In this document: positions 1-9,253 of the stretch, in pieces
Position numbering within the stretch: position 1 is the first letter of the stretch
Layout: the number at the start of each line of letters is the position of its first letter
From: Verrucomicrobia bacterium UBA6982
GTDB taxonomy: Bacteria > Verrucomicrobiota > Kiritimatiellia > RFP12 > UBA3636
Length of the DNA: 64,000 bases
NCBI GenBank assembly: GCA_002448475.1
Contig: DJYI01000139.1
Coordinates: 19,732 to 83,731, forward strand
Direction: 5' to 3'
Notes under the pieces: generated by a model
What the model was told of the DNA's origin: nothing
Database searches by the model: none
Seen by the model: only the letters and a program-made list of their open reading frames with translations
Program-made: the position numbers and the translations under genes

Positions 1-1649
1 ACGCGCCGCGCGGCCAGTTCCACCGCTCGCGACTGGATTGCAAGCTGCTCGCGCGTCTGCGCAAGCTCGCGGATGTCCTGCCTGACAGTCGCCTTGAGTC
101 CGTCCTCGGCTTTCTGATAGTCCCGGACGGCGCTTTCGAGCGCGACAAGCGCCGAGCGATATGCGTTGCCCTCCTCCCGGCGGTCGAGAGCGAGGTCGAT
201 CTTGAACGAGCCGGAGGCGGATCCGTCGCGCATCCTGAAACTGGTGTGGTCAACGCCCTGCGCGGCCATGGACGGCGTGGCCGCCGTCCCGACTTTTGCA
301 CTGCCTCCGATCGTGAACTCGGAGCGCAGCGCGTCCTCGGCCACGAGAAGGTGGCGCTGGGCGTCTTCCACGCGGTCGCGCGCGGTCATGACGTCCGAGC
401 GGCGCTCGAAGGCCACGGCAAGCGCCCTGTCTGTGGCGTCCTGGTCGTTTTCAGATAGACTGGAGCCTTCCGCCTGACTGGCACTGTCCGGTTCCGAGAA
501 TCGCCCAACGAGCGTGTGCAGGTCATCCAGATCCTTCTCGCGCGGCTCCACTCGGGCGTCGGGCGGGAGTCCGATTCGCGTTTTGAACGTGTCAAGGGCC
601 GTTTCGTATTTTTGGCACGCCGCGATCCAGTTGGCGCGGGCCGACAGTTCGCTCTGGTGGGCCTGGTCGAAGGCGGCCTTGGAGAGGCGGCTGGCGTCGG
701 ACATCCGGCGCGAGCGCCTTGCCGAATGGACGACCCGGCGATAATGGTCCACCTCGTTTCGGCGCGTCCGTCCCGCCAGCAGGAGCGAAAGATACGAGCG
801 GGCCACATCGGTCACGAACTCGCGTTTGCGCTGCTCGAACTCGCGAACCGCGTAAACCAGATCCCGCTCCGCCTGCGTGAGCGATTCGCGGCGCACAAGC
901 GACCCGGAGCCGCGAAGCAGCGGAATCGAGACGCTCAAGTCGGCCAGGGAACCCCACGCCGTCCTGCGCTTTCCGGATAGCATTCCGGCGATGTTGAATG
1001 CAAGAGAGGCGTCCGTAGAAACGCCGTTTTCAAATGTCCGCCGAATGCCCGGCTTGGCGCTTTCGCCGTGTGATGACGCTCGGGTCCCGTCTTCCGAGCG
1101 CGACGTCTCCGCAGATCCCGTTATCGCTCCGAGGAGCGTGGTGTGGAATTCGTGGCTGGCCACGTCAAGCGCCAGGGCGGCGGCGAAGAGCTTTTCCTTT
1201 GCGGCGCGGAAGTCGGGCGAATTGGCTGCGGCGATGCGAACTGCGTCTTGAAGTCCTATTTCCAGCGTGTTCGTCCCGGAAACCGCGAAGTCGGAGTCCG
1301 CGCCCTCCGCTCCCGGGCGCAGCCGGTCTTCGGCCTTCCAGTAGCGGTTGTCAGGCAGGTCGCGGATTCCGAGTGACGCGGGATCGAAAACCGGCAGCTC
1401 CTGCGCGGTGAGAAGTCGGCGGCGTAGCGTGTCGGATGGAGTTTCGACTTCCAGCGCTTCCTGCGCCGCGCCAGCTACGGCCCGCGCCGATTCGACGCGG
1501 CGAGCGGCAGCGCGATCCGCCTCGTCCCGCCACCCGGCGGCGGAGCGGCACCCTTCCAGCGCAATGACGAACGGAGCGGTTGCCGGCAACACGGCTGCGC
1601 GGAGAAGTCGGAAAAGTGCGTTCGAGAATTTGTTCCGGGAAAATGACAT
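1..1649 (-). CDS. Outer membrane efflux protein (TolC/OMF family), N-terminal ~550 codons; the C-terminus runs off the window start
   Basis: Translating the minus strand by hand in the frame ending at plus 57, 60, ... gives an open frame from the ATG at 1649 down to position 1 with no stop. This ORF is missing from the supplied track because its stop lies outside the window. The start reads MSFSRNKFSNALFRLLRAAVLPATAPFVIALEGC (signal peptide, possibly lipoprotein-like). After it comes ...NTLEIGLQDAVRIAAANSPDFRAAKEKLFAAALALDVA and long Ala/Leu/Arg-rich coiled-coil repeats typical of OMF proteins. All plus-strand ORFs in 166..1662 are antisense to it. Confidence 0.6.
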   Translation of the reverse strand, partial: MSFSRNKFSNALFRLLRAAVLPATAPFVIALEGCRSAAGWRDEADRAAARRVESARAVAGAAQEALEVETPSDTLRRRLLTAQELPVFDPASLGIRDLPDNRYWKAEDRLRPGAEGADSDFAVSGTNTLEIGLQDAVRIAAANSPDFRAAKEKLFAAALALDVASHEFHTTLLGAITGSAETSRSEDGTRASSHGESAKPGIRRTFENGVSTDASLAFNIAGMLSGKRRTAWGSLADLSVSIPLLRGSGSLVRRESLTQAERDLVYAVREFEQRKREFVTDVARSYLSLLLAGRTRRNEVDHYRRVVHSARRSRRMSDASRLSKAAFDQAHQSELSARANWIAACQKYETALDTFKTRIGLPPDARVEPREKDLDDLHTLVGRFSEPDSASQAEGSSLSENDQDATDRALAVAFERRSDVMTARDRVEDAQRHLLVAEDALRSEFTIGGSAKVGTAATPSMAAQGVDHTSFRMRDGSASGSFKIDLALDRREEGNAYRSALVALESAVRDYQKAEDGLKATVRQDIRELAQTREQLAIQSRAVELAARR

Positions 1650-1797
1650 CGCGCCGGAGTAGAACACAACGCGCACTTTCGGTCAACCCGTTTTGGGAGC
1701 CGTTTTCATTAATTGTTGATTCGATTTAGATTTTTCTTGACTTGATTCGTGCGTAGTGCTAGTGTCCCGGCCCGTCGCCGCGCAAGCGGGGGCGTTT

Positions 1798-1874
1798 CGG
1801 AGTGTAGCGCAGACTGGTAGCGCGTTTGGTTCGGGACCAAAAGGTCAAGAGTTCAAATCTCTTCACTCCGACCA
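1798..1874 (+). tRNA. tRNA-Pro (anticodon CGG)
   Basis: A 77-nt cloverleaf read by eye. Acceptor stem CGGAGTG/CACTCCG with the bacterial tRNA-Pro-like C1:G72 pair. D-arm GCGC-AGACTGGTA-GCGC. Anticodon arm TTTGG-TTCGGGA-CCAAA, giving anticodon CGG. T-arm AAGAG-TTCAAAT-CTCTT, discriminator A and an encoded CCA. Confidence 0.85.
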
Positions 1875-1883
1875 TTTCAGACG

Positions 1884-1918
1884 CGGACGTGGCTGGTCCC
1901 ACGTTCGTGTCTTTTTTT
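1884..1918 (+). terminator. Rho-independent terminator downstream of tRNA-Pro, facing the 3' end of the convergent murC-murB gene
   Basis: CGGACGTGG-CTGGTC-CCACGTTCG is a 9-bp stem (one G-U pair) with a 6-nt loop, followed by TGTC and a T7 run. Confidence 0.55.
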
Positions 1919-1978
1919 GCGCGTTGGGATTTGGCGCCAGCAATGGTCCGACGCTAAAACCCGGCTGCGCGGGTAGCG

Positions 1979-4279
1979 TCAGCGAAGTATGCGGACCTCG
2001 GGGGCAAGGCGAATGCCGCTGGAGGCTTCCACGCGCCGGGCCACGATCTCGAAGAGAGCCTCGATGTCCGACGCGGTCGCGCCGGGCCGCGTTGCCACGA
2101 TGTTGCCGTGCCGTTCGCTCACGAATGCGCCGCCAACGGTCAGCCCCTTGCATCCCGCGCGCTCGGACAGCGCGCCGGCGGACGGGGACGGCGGCGGCGG
2201 GTTGCGGAAGGCGCTGCCGCATGAGCGCAGGCCGGTGAAGTCGAATCGCCGCGCGGCGGCGGCGTCCATTGCGGCCGCGACGGAGGCGGGTGTCGCGCGC
2301 GAGAGTCGCAGACGCGCCGACACGGCCACGTGCCCGGCCAGTCCCGGGCATTCGCGATAGCCGGGGTGCAGCGCGGCGCGGTCGAGCCGGACGTCCGCTC
2401 CGTCAGACATTCTAATCGCGCGAACGCTCTCCACGGCGTCGCAAAAGGCTCCGAGGCGCGTTCCGGCGTTCATTGCGACCCACCCTCCGATCCAGCCGGG
2501 GATGCCGGCCATGAATTCCAGTCCGGAGAATCCAAGCGCCCTGCAGTAGTCCAGAAGATGGGGGCCCGGATAGGCGGCGCCGACGTCGATGCGCTCGTTG
2601 TCGTATGGGGCGATGAATGAAAACTCCTCTCCGCGCAGTCGCAGCACCGGGGCGGTGCAGCCAGTGGCGGCGACGAGGGTGTTCGTTCCGGCTCCGACAA
2701 TTTCCGGCTTCATTCCGTCCGCCCGCGCATTGGCCAGGGCGCTTCGCAGTTCCTCCATCGTTTCGACAATGCGTAGGCGCGGCACCGGTGGCGGCGGACA
2801 TGGGCCGTATGCCGAAAGCGCGGGTCGTGGCGGCGGCTCGGATGCGGGCGTCACGGCGGCGAGGCGCGGGGCAAGACTGTTCACGTCGCCGGCTCCAACG
2901 ACAAGGACCAGATCTCCCGGTCGAATGGTCTCGGCCAGATAGTCGAACGCCGAGTCGAGCGAATCGGCCAGGACAGGTGACGCAACCTGAGATTCACTGC
3001 GAAAAGCCGCGTATAGGTCGATGGAAGTTCCGCCCGCCACCGGATCTTCGCTTGCGGCGTAAACCGGGCATAGCACGAGTTCGTCAACGCCGGCGAACGC
3101 TGGCGGGAAGTCGCGCAGAAAGGTGCGAGTCCTCGTGTAGCGGTGGGGTTGGAATACGGCGACGATCCGTTTGTGAGGAACTCCACGCGCGGTTTCGACG
3201 AGTGCCGCTATTTCCGACGGGTGGTGCGAATAGTCGGAAACGACCTCGAACCCGCGGGGCGCGCCGATTCGCTCGAAGCGCCGGGCCGGGAGCGCTGCGT
3301 TTGCTTCAAGCGCGGAAGCGGCGGCTTGGGGGTCGATTCCAGCGCAGACCGCTGCGGCTATGGCGGCGGCGGCGTTGAGCGCGTTGTGGCGACCTGGCAC
3401 TTTCAGGGACACGTGGACGCCAGGCTGGGAAAAGGCCTTCAGCGGGGGAGTGTGGAGAGTAAAGCTCTGGCCTCCGTTCGCCGTTGGCGCCCAGTCGCTG
3501 ATGCGCCAGTCGGCATCGGGCGAAAAACCGAACGACACAAGCCGCTCGTGCCCGGAGCGCCTGGCAAGCGATGCCGCGCGCCGATGATCCGCGCAGAATA
3601 CCACAGGTCCAGTCGTGCGCGCGACGGCCGTGCGGAACACATCTTCAAATTCCGCGACCGAGCGGAACCTGTCCACATGGTCCAGGTCGAGGTTTGTGAG
3701 AACCAGTAGGGCAGGGCGGTAGAGCGCGAGAGTTCCGTCCGACTCGTCGGCCTCGACGACGAGCGATGAATTGGTTCTTCCGGACGCGAAAGGGCCACCG
3801 GCCACGCCGCCAAGGTATGGTGAAGAGCCGCCAATGCACCAGGCGGTGTGTTCCGGGCGCAGCGCGCGAAGAATGGTGGCGAGAAAAGTGGCCGTGGTCG
3901 TTTTGCCGTGCGAGCCGCAAACGGCCATGGTCGGCATTGTTTCGGAAATCGCGGCAAGCGCTTCGCCTCGCGAAAAGACCGGAATTCCGGCGGCGCGGCA
4001 GGTCACGAGTTCAGGCGCGTCATCCCTGACGGCCGGAGTGCGGATTACGAGATCCGGATGACCGGACGCCACGTGAGCCGGATCATGAATCCCGAGGAAA
4101 CTTATTCCAGCTTCTTCAAGCCAAGCGGCGAGCGGGCCGCGCTTTTCGTCGCAACCAGAAACATTCCACCCGCGAGAGTGAAGGAGCCATGCGACACCGG
4201 CCATGCCGACGCCGCAGACGCCGACGAAGTGCGCCTTGCGCGCTTCGCCGACGTCGGACGAGGGAAAGACGGACGGCAT
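1979..4279 (-). CDS. murC-murB: Bifunctional UDP-N-acetylmuramate--L-alanine ligase / UDP-N-acetylenolpyruvoylglucosamine reductase (MurC-MurB fusion)
   Basis: The N-terminal ~470 aa are Mur-ligase-like (GVCGVGMAGVA..., ...CGSHGKTTTATF..., ...EADESDGT...). The C-terminal ~290 aa are MurB-like (GAGTNTLV, ...GLEFMAGIPGWIGGWVAMNAG..., ...RSCGSAFRNP...). I place the start at the internal ATG at 4279 (MPSVFPSS...), which forms an ATGA overlap with the glnS stop. The 55 upstream codons of the ORF are probably not translated. Confidence 0.8.
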   Translation of the reverse strand: MPSVFPSSDVGEARKAHFVGVCGVGMAGVAWLLHSRGWNVSGCDEKRGPLAAWLEEAGISFLGIHDPAHVASGHPDLVIRTPAVRDDAPELVTCRAAGIPVFSRGEALAAISETMPTMAVCGSHGKTTTATFLATILRALRPEHTAWCIGGSSPYLGGVAGGPFASGRTNSSLVVEADESDGTLALYRPALLVLTNLDLDHVDRFRSVAEFEDVFRTAVARTTGPVVFCADHRRAASLARRSGHERLVSFGFSPDADWRISDWAPTANGGQSFTLHTPPLKAFSQPGVHVSLKVPGRHNALNAAAAIAAAVCAGIDPQAAASALEANAALPARRFERIGAPRGFEVVSDYSHHPSEIAALVETARGVPHKRIVAVFQPHRYTRTRTFLRDFPPAFAGVDELVLCPVYAASEDPVAGGTSIDLYAAFRSESQVASPVLADSLDSAFDYLAETIRPGDLVLVVGAGDVNSLAPRLAAVTPASEPPPRPALSAYGPCPPPPVPRLRIVETMEELRSALANARADGMKPEIVGAGTNTLVAATGCTAPVLRLRGEEFSFIAPYDNERIDVGAAYPGPHLLDYCRALGFSGLEFMAGIPGWIGGWVAMNAGTRLGAFCDAVESVRAIRMSDGADVRLDRAALHPGYRECPGLAGHVAVSARLRLSRATPASVAAAMDAAAARRFDFTGLRSCGSAFRNPPPPSPSAGALSERAGCKGLTVGGAFVSERHGNIVATRPGATASDIEALFEIVARRVEASSGIRLAPEVRILR

Positions 4280-6012
4280 CAACCGCCCTTCGCGATTTTC
4301 GCCCAGCTGTCGCGCAGCGTGGCGGTGCGGTTGAACACCGGCGCGCCGGGTTTCGAGTCGATTGGATCCGGAAAGAAGTATCCCAGGCGCTCGAACTGCA
4401 CTGCGCCATCGGCGGGGACCGCTGCGGCAAGCGCGGGTTCGCACAGAGCGGTTGCGTCTTTGCGGGACTCAGGGTTGAGCAGTTCCTTGAAGTCCCGGTC
4501 GGGATCGGCGTCTGGGTTTTCGACAGAGAAGAGTCGGTCGTAGAGCCGAACCGGAAGCGCGAGGGCCGTGGCGGCGTCCGCCCAGTGTATCGTTCCTCGG
4601 ACGGCATGTCCATCTGGCGCGTTGCCGCCAAGCGAGGCCGGATCCCAGGTCCCTCGGATTTCCGTGACATTGCCGTTTTCATCCTCGGAAAAGCCCGTGC
4701 AGGTGAAGAGGCAGGCGTATTTGAGGCGGACCTCGCGTCCCGGGGAAAGTCTGTGGAACTTCTTCGGCGGATCCTTCATGAAGTCCGCGCGCTCGACCCA
4801 GAGTTCGCGTCCGAAGCGCACCTTGCGCGTGCCGGCGGCGGGATCCTCCGGGTTGTTCACGGCGTCGCATTCGTGGGTTTCGCCAGGGGCCATGTTCTCG
4901 ATGACGAGCTTCACCGGATCGAGAACCGCCATGCGGCGCGGAGCGGATTTGTTGAGCTCGTCGCGAACAGCCGATTCAAGGATCCCCACGTCTGTGGTCG
5001 AGATGAACTTCGTGATTCCGACTCCCTCGCAGAAGGCGCGCACCGCGCGCGCCGGATAGCCGCGGCGGCGCAGGCCGCAGAGCGTCGGCATGCGGGGATC
5101 GTCCCATCCGGAGACGAGACCCTTCTCCACGAGTTCGGCGAGCTTGCGCTTGCTCATCACCGTGTAGGAAATGCCGAGACGCGAGAACTCGCGCTGGTGG
5201 GGGCGGATCTTGACGCCTCCGCGCTCGACGAGCATTCCCATTTCGTCCATGCGGTCCACAACCCAGTCGTAGAGCGGGCGGTGGACTTCAAACTCCAGAG
5301 TGCACATGGAGTGCGTTACGCCCTCCAGCGCGTCCTCGATCGGGTGGGCGAAGTCATACATCGGATAGATGCACCACTTTGTGCCGAGATGGTAGTGTGG
5401 CAGTCGGTTGATGCGGTAGAGGACGGGGTCGCGGAAATGGATGTTTGGCGACGCCATGTCAATCTTCGCGCGAAGACAGCATTCGCCGTCTTTGTACTTT
5501 CCGGCTTTCATGTCGCGAAGGCGCGCGAGGTTTTCCTCGGGCGGGGTGTCGCGCCACGGGCTTGGAATGCCTGGCTCGGTTGGAATTCCGCGGTGCTTCT
5601 TCCACTCCTCCTGGGACAGGAAGCACACGTAGGCGCGTCCGGTCTGCACAAGGCGCTCCGCGATCTCATACATCGTGTCGAAGTAGTCGGCTGCGCTGTA
5701 GAAATGCTCGCCCCAGTCGAAGCCGAGCCAGCGGATGTCCTCCTTGATGTTCTCGGCGAACTCGTCGCTCTCCTTCGTCGGGTTCGTGTCGTCGAGACGC
5801 AGGTGGCACTCTCCTCCGAATTTTTCGGCCATGCCGAAGTCGAGGCAAATCGCCTTGGCGTGACCGATGTGCAGGTAGCCGTTAGGCTCCGGGGGGAAGC
5901 GGGTGACCACCTTGCCGCCAGTGCGTCCGGCGGCTACGTCGTCCTCGATCCATTGCTCGAGAAAATGCTTCGGCGCGGCGGAAGGGGCGGCGCCGGTGTC
6001 GTTTTCGCTCAT
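4279..6012 (-). CDS. glnS: Glutamine--tRNA ligase (GlnRS)
   Basis: Class I aaRS with a HIGH motif (PEPNGYLHIGHAK) and a KMSKS-type VMSKR motif. The length (577 aa) and overall sequence are GlnRS-like. Confidence 0.85.
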   Translation of the reverse strand: MSENDTGAAPSAAPKHFLEQWIEDDVAAGRTGGKVVTRFPPEPNGYLHIGHAKAICLDFGMAEKFGGECHLRLDDTNPTKESDEFAENIKEDIRWLGFDWGEHFYSAADYFDTMYEIAERLVQTGRAYVCFLSQEEWKKHRGIPTEPGIPSPWRDTPPEENLARLRDMKAGKYKDGECCLRAKIDMASPNIHFRDPVLYRINRLPHYHLGTKWCIYPMYDFAHPIEDALEGVTHSMCTLEFEVHRPLYDWVVDRMDEMGMLVERGGVKIRPHQREFSRLGISYTVMSKRKLAELVEKGLVSGWDDPRMPTLCGLRRRGYPARAVRAFCEGVGITKFISTTDVGILESAVRDELNKSAPRRMAVLDPVKLVIENMAPGETHECDAVNNPEDPAAGTRKVRFGRELWVERADFMKDPPKKFHRLSPGREVRLKYACLFTCTGFSEDENGNVTEIRGTWDPASLGGNAPDGHAVRGTIHWADAATALALPVRLYDRLFSVENPDADPDRDFKELLNPESRKDATALCEPALAAAVPADGAVQFERLGYFFPDPIDSKPGAPVFNRTATLRDSWAKIAKGG

Positions 6013-6019
6013 TGCGGCC

Positions 6020-7288
6020 TCAGTGCTTGAACGAGCGCTGGCCGGTGAAGACCATCGCCACGCCGTGTTCGTTGCAGCAGTCGATCACATCCCAGTCGCG
6101 CAGTGCGCCGCCGGGCTGGACGATCGCCGTCACTCCTTCGCGGATGCCGACCTCCGCGCCGTCGCGGAACGGGAAAAAGGCGTCGGAGACCATGGCGGAG
6201 CCGGATATGCCGCCGTGCTCGGCCTTCGACATCTCATCGACCTCGGCCTCCTTTTTCCTGCCGTCGTCATCGCCGAACTTGCCGCGCAGCTCGTTGTATG
6301 GCGTCTGCCATTTTTCCCACGCGAACCAGTCCGCGAGTTTGCGATACGCCTTGTCGCGAGCGATCTCCGCCACGCCGACGCGATCCTGTTCGCCGGTTCC
6401 GATGCCGACCGTGCAGCCGTCCTTGACGTAAAGGACGGAGTTGGAGGTGACGCCGGCCTCGACCAGCCAGCCGAACACGAGGTCGTCCATTTCCCGCGCT
6501 GTGGGCTGACGGGCAATCTTGTGGACGGAGCCGTCCTTGCGCGTCACCTCGGCTGGGAGGAAATCCGTCCCCTTGCGTGCGAGCGGCGAGAACGACCACT
6601 GCGCCACGATGCCGCCGTCGATGAGGCTCTTGAAATCGACGAAGCGTTTTGCGGCGAACTCGGAGAGTCGGGCCATGTTGCCTATGCGCATGACGCGCAG
6701 GTTCTTCTTTTGCGCGAAGATGTCCATCACCCCCGGCGCGAACTCAGGAGCCACGACTACCTCGGCGTAGTTCTCGGCGACGAGTTTCGCCGTCTCGATG
6801 TCGCATTCGCGATTCAGCGCTATGCAGCCGCCGAACGCGGCGAGGCGGTCCGCCTTGTTGGCTCGGTAGTATGCTTCCGCCAGAGAGGAGCCGAGCGCCA
6901 CGCCGCACGGGTTGTTGTGCTTGACGATGATCGCGCAGGGTTTTTCCTGGAGGTAGCGCAGAATGTTGAGCGCGTTGTCCGCGTCGGTGAGGTTGGTTTT
7001 GCCTGGGTGCTTTCCCGACTGGAGGAGCTCGGGCTCGGAGGCAAGCGGATTGCCAGGATCGATGGCGCGAACGTCGCCAAGGGCAAGGTTCCCTCCGACT
7101 AGTTTGTAAACGGCCGCTTCCTGTCCGGGATTTTCGCCGTAGCGCAGTCCCTTTCGGACGCCGTCCACGACCCAGCCCACCTTTTCGTAGCGCAGCGTCT
7201 GACGCGAGTCGCCGTCTATGAACGAAATTTCCATCGCGGGCGTGAAATGGTCGTCCATGATGGTCTTGTATGCCTGTTTGAGATCCAT
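6020..7288 (-). CDS. AICAR transformylase-domain protein (PurH C-terminal-type) that lacks an MGS-like IMP cyclohydrolase domain
   Basis: Carries the RYGENPGQ motif (like RYGENPHQ) and ...SDAFFPFRDG...VTAIVQPGGALRDWDVIDCCNEHGVAMVFTGQRSFKH, which is typical of the AICARFT domain. The N-terminal ~110 aa are not MGS-like. I chose the ATG at 7288 (MDLKQ..., preceded by AGGGTGA). The track's start at 7300 is a GTG. Confidence 0.65.
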   Translation of the reverse strand: MDLKQAYKTIMDDHFTPAMEISFIDGDSRQTLRYEKVGWVVDGVRKGLRYGENPGQEAAVYKLVGGNLALGDVRAIDPGNPLASEPELLQSGKHPGKTNLTDADNALNILRYLQEKPCAIIVKHNNPCGVALGSSLAEAYYRANKADRLAAFGGCIALNRECDIETAKLVAENYAEVVVAPEFAPGVMDIFAQKKNLRVMRIGNMARLSEFAAKRFVDFKSLIDGGIVAQWSFSPLARKGTDFLPAEVTRKDGSVHKIARQPTAREMDDLVFGWLVEAGVTSNSVLYVKDGCTVGIGTGEQDRVGVAEIARDKAYRKLADWFAWEKWQTPYNELRGKFGDDDGRKKEAEVDEMSKAEHGGISGSAMVSDAFFPFRDGAEVGIREGVTAIVQPGGALRDWDVIDCCNEHGVAMVFTGQRSFKH

Positions 7289-7339
7289 TGTCGTTGTCAC
7301 CCTGTGAGAGCTGAATGAAAAAGCTGTTTTCCGGCGGTG

Positions 7340-8326
7340 CTACGCCCTGCGGGCTTCGAGCGCCCTGACTATTTCGGGAACGACCTCGTTGAGGTCGCCG
7401 ACGATTCCGATGTCGGCCACTTCGAAGATGGGTGCCGACGGGTCCTTGTTCACGGCCACGATCGTGTCCGAGCTCTGCATTCCGGCAAGGTGCTGGATGG
7501 CGCCGGAGATGCCGAGCGCGACGTAGAGTTTCGGGCATACGGTTTTGCCGGTCTGTCCCACCTGGTGAAGCGGGGAAATCCAGCCCGCGTCCACGGTGGC
7601 GCGCGAGGCGCCGACCGAGCCGCCGAGGGCGTCGGCGAGCTTGCGGACAAGGCCGAAGCCCTCCGGACCGCCGATGCCGCGTCCGCCTGACACTATGACC
7701 TTGGCCTCGGCAAGATTCGCGTCGTCGCCCGCCTCCTTCGTTGCCGACACGCGGTGCATCCGCTCCGGCACGTCCGATATGTCGATGCCCAGTCTCACGA
7801 TCGTCCCGGACGCTCCATCCACCCTTGTGCGCTTGAAGACGTTGGCGCGCACCGTGGACATCTGCGGGCGATGGTTTTCGCAGGTGATCGTTGCCATGAT
7901 GTTGCCGCCGAAGGCCGGGCGAGTTTGGAGGAGAATCTTCTTTTCGGAGTCGAACTCAAGCCCCGTGCAGTCGGCGGTCAGTCCCGTGTGCAGGGCGGCG
8001 GCGACCGTTGGGGCGAGCGAACGCCCGACGGACGTCGCGCCAAACAGGAGTATTTCGGGCTTTTGTTCGCGGACCGCGCGGCAGACCGCCTCGCCGAACC
8101 AGTCGTTCTGGCTGTAGGCGAAGCGCGGCGAATCGGCGACATAGACCTTGGAGGCTCCGTATGCGAAGAGTTCCGGCGCGAGCGCCTCTCCGTTTTCGGA
8201 AAGCAGAAGAGCGCATAGCGTGTAGCCGGACTGTGCCGCCAGTTCGCGGCCCTTTGAGAGAAGTTCGAGAGAGACGTTCTGCAGCGCTCCGTCGCGCTGC
8301 TCTGCGAAAACCCAGATTTCGTTCAT
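7340..8326 (-). CDS. etfA: Electron transfer flavoprotein alpha subunit
   Basis: EtfA-like sequence throughout. The FAD-binding C-terminal half reads ...[15 protein letters not shown]...[31 protein letters not shown].... Confidence 0.85.
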   Translation of the reverse strand: MNEIWVFAEQRDGALQNVSLELLSKGRELAAQSGYTLCALLLSENGEALAPELFAYGASKVYVADSPRFAYSQNDWFGEAVCRAVREQKPEILLFGATSVGRSLAPTVAAALHTGLTADCTGLEFDSEKKILLQTRPAFGGNIMATITCENHRPQMSTVRANVFKRTRVDGASGTIVRLGIDISDVPERMHRVSATKEAGDDANLAEAKVIVSGGRGIGGPEGFGLVRKLADALGGSVGASRATVDAGWISPLHQVGQTGKTVCPKLYVALGISGAIQHLAGMQSSDTIVAVNKDPSAPIFEVADIGIVGDLNEVVPEIVRALEARRA

Positions 8327-8338
8327 TTCGGCGGGGCC

Positions 8339-9127
8339 CTAGACGAGATGTTTTGCTGCGAGGCGCTCAACGAGCGCTTCGGCGACCTGCGACGGCGTTC
8401 CTTCAAGCCGTTCGCGTCCAGTTTTCACCGGCGGTGCGAAGACCTTGGTAACGCGCGTTGGGGAGCCCTTGAGGCCGATAAGTTCGGGATCCGGCGCCAA
8501 GTCCGCAAAGCCCCAGACGGGGATTTGGGCCTTCTTTGCGGCCATTTTGCTTTTGAGCGAACCAATGCGCAGTTCGCCGGCCTCCTTGACTACAGTGAGA
8601 GCGCACGGGCGGTCGATTTCCCACTCCTCGTATCCGTCCTCAGTCGTGCGGATAACCTTGAACGCCTTGTCGCCAAGCGCTTCAACGCTCTTGGCGTAGG
8701 TGAGGACCGGAAGTCCGAGCTGCCAGGCGATTCCAGGCCCGACCTGCGCGGTGTCTCCGTCCGTCGCCTGCTTGCCGAAGAGGACGAGATCGACAGGGCC
8801 GAGCTTTTTGATCGCCAGGGCGAGCGTGTAGCCAGTCGCCCATGTGTCCGCGCCGCCAAATTCGCGGCCGGAGACCAGGACGCCGTCAGTTGCGCCGCGC
8901 GCAAGGCATTCGCGAATTGCGGCCTCGGCTTGCGGCGGCCCCATCGAAACCACTGTGACGGTGGTGCCGGGAATGGCGTCCTTCAGCTTGAGCGCCACTT
9001 CGAGAGCGTTTTCGTCGAACGGATTGACTACGGATGGAACCCCGGCGCGGTTGAGACGGTTCGTGGCCCGGTCGATGGTGACCTTGTCCGAATCGGGAAC
9101 CTGCTTTATGCAAACGACTATTTTCAT
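8339..9127 (-). CDS. etfB: Electron transfer flavoprotein beta subunit
   Basis: MKIVVCIKQVPDSDKV...NPFDENALEVALKLKD... is EtfB-like. The start is placed at the internal ATG at 9127 (cat at 9125-9127). Confidence 0.85.
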   Translation of the reverse strand: MKIVVCIKQVPDSDKVTIDRATNRLNRAGVPSVVNPFDENALEVALKLKDAIPGTTVTVVSMGPPQAEAAIRECLARGATDGVLVSGREFGGADTWATGYTLALAIKKLGPVDLVLFGKQATDGDTAQVGPGIAWQLGLPVLTYAKSVEALGDKAFKVIRTTEDGYEEWEIDRPCALTVVKEAGELRIGSLKSKMAAKKAQIPVWGFADLAPDPELIGLKGSPTRVTKVFAPPVKTGRERLEGTPSQVAEALVERLAAKHLV

Positions 9128-9253
9128 GCGGACTGCGCGTTGCGCGCCGACTCTGGCGCGCGTTGCGCGCCGGATGTTACCAGAACCCCCCCGCGCGGAC
9201 AAGACCGCGTTTTCTTCGCCGGTTTCGGGCACCTTGACGCATCTGGGTTCCGG

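Noticed and set aside
166-1662. A series of plus-strand ORFs in shifting frames (166..477, 516..980, 877..1251, 1034..1411, 1348..1662) as a frameshifted pseudogene
   Set aside because: The minus strand carries one uninterrupted 549-codon frame with OMF-like sequence. The plus-strand ORFs are its antisense shadows.
1756-2238. A 160-aa ORF covering the tRNA-Pro region
   Set aside because: It overlaps a confidently folded tRNA and its terminator. It is a spurious GC-rich ORF.
4189-6030. A 613-aa plus-strand ORF, together with similar long ORFs at 5903..7102 (+), 8348..10264 (+), 17655..19307 (-), 52998..54209 (+), 56041..57096 (+), 57624..58979 (+) and 61833..63410 (-)
   Set aside because: All of them are antisense to, or frame-shifted over, genes with clear family signatures (glnS, purH-like, etfB/mpl, the 17670 ORF, the DUF4143 ATPase, the SNF2 helicase, ileS). 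Their translations are Arg/Ala/Gly/Pro-rich low-complexity sequence, as expected for stop-poor frames in 65% GC DNA.
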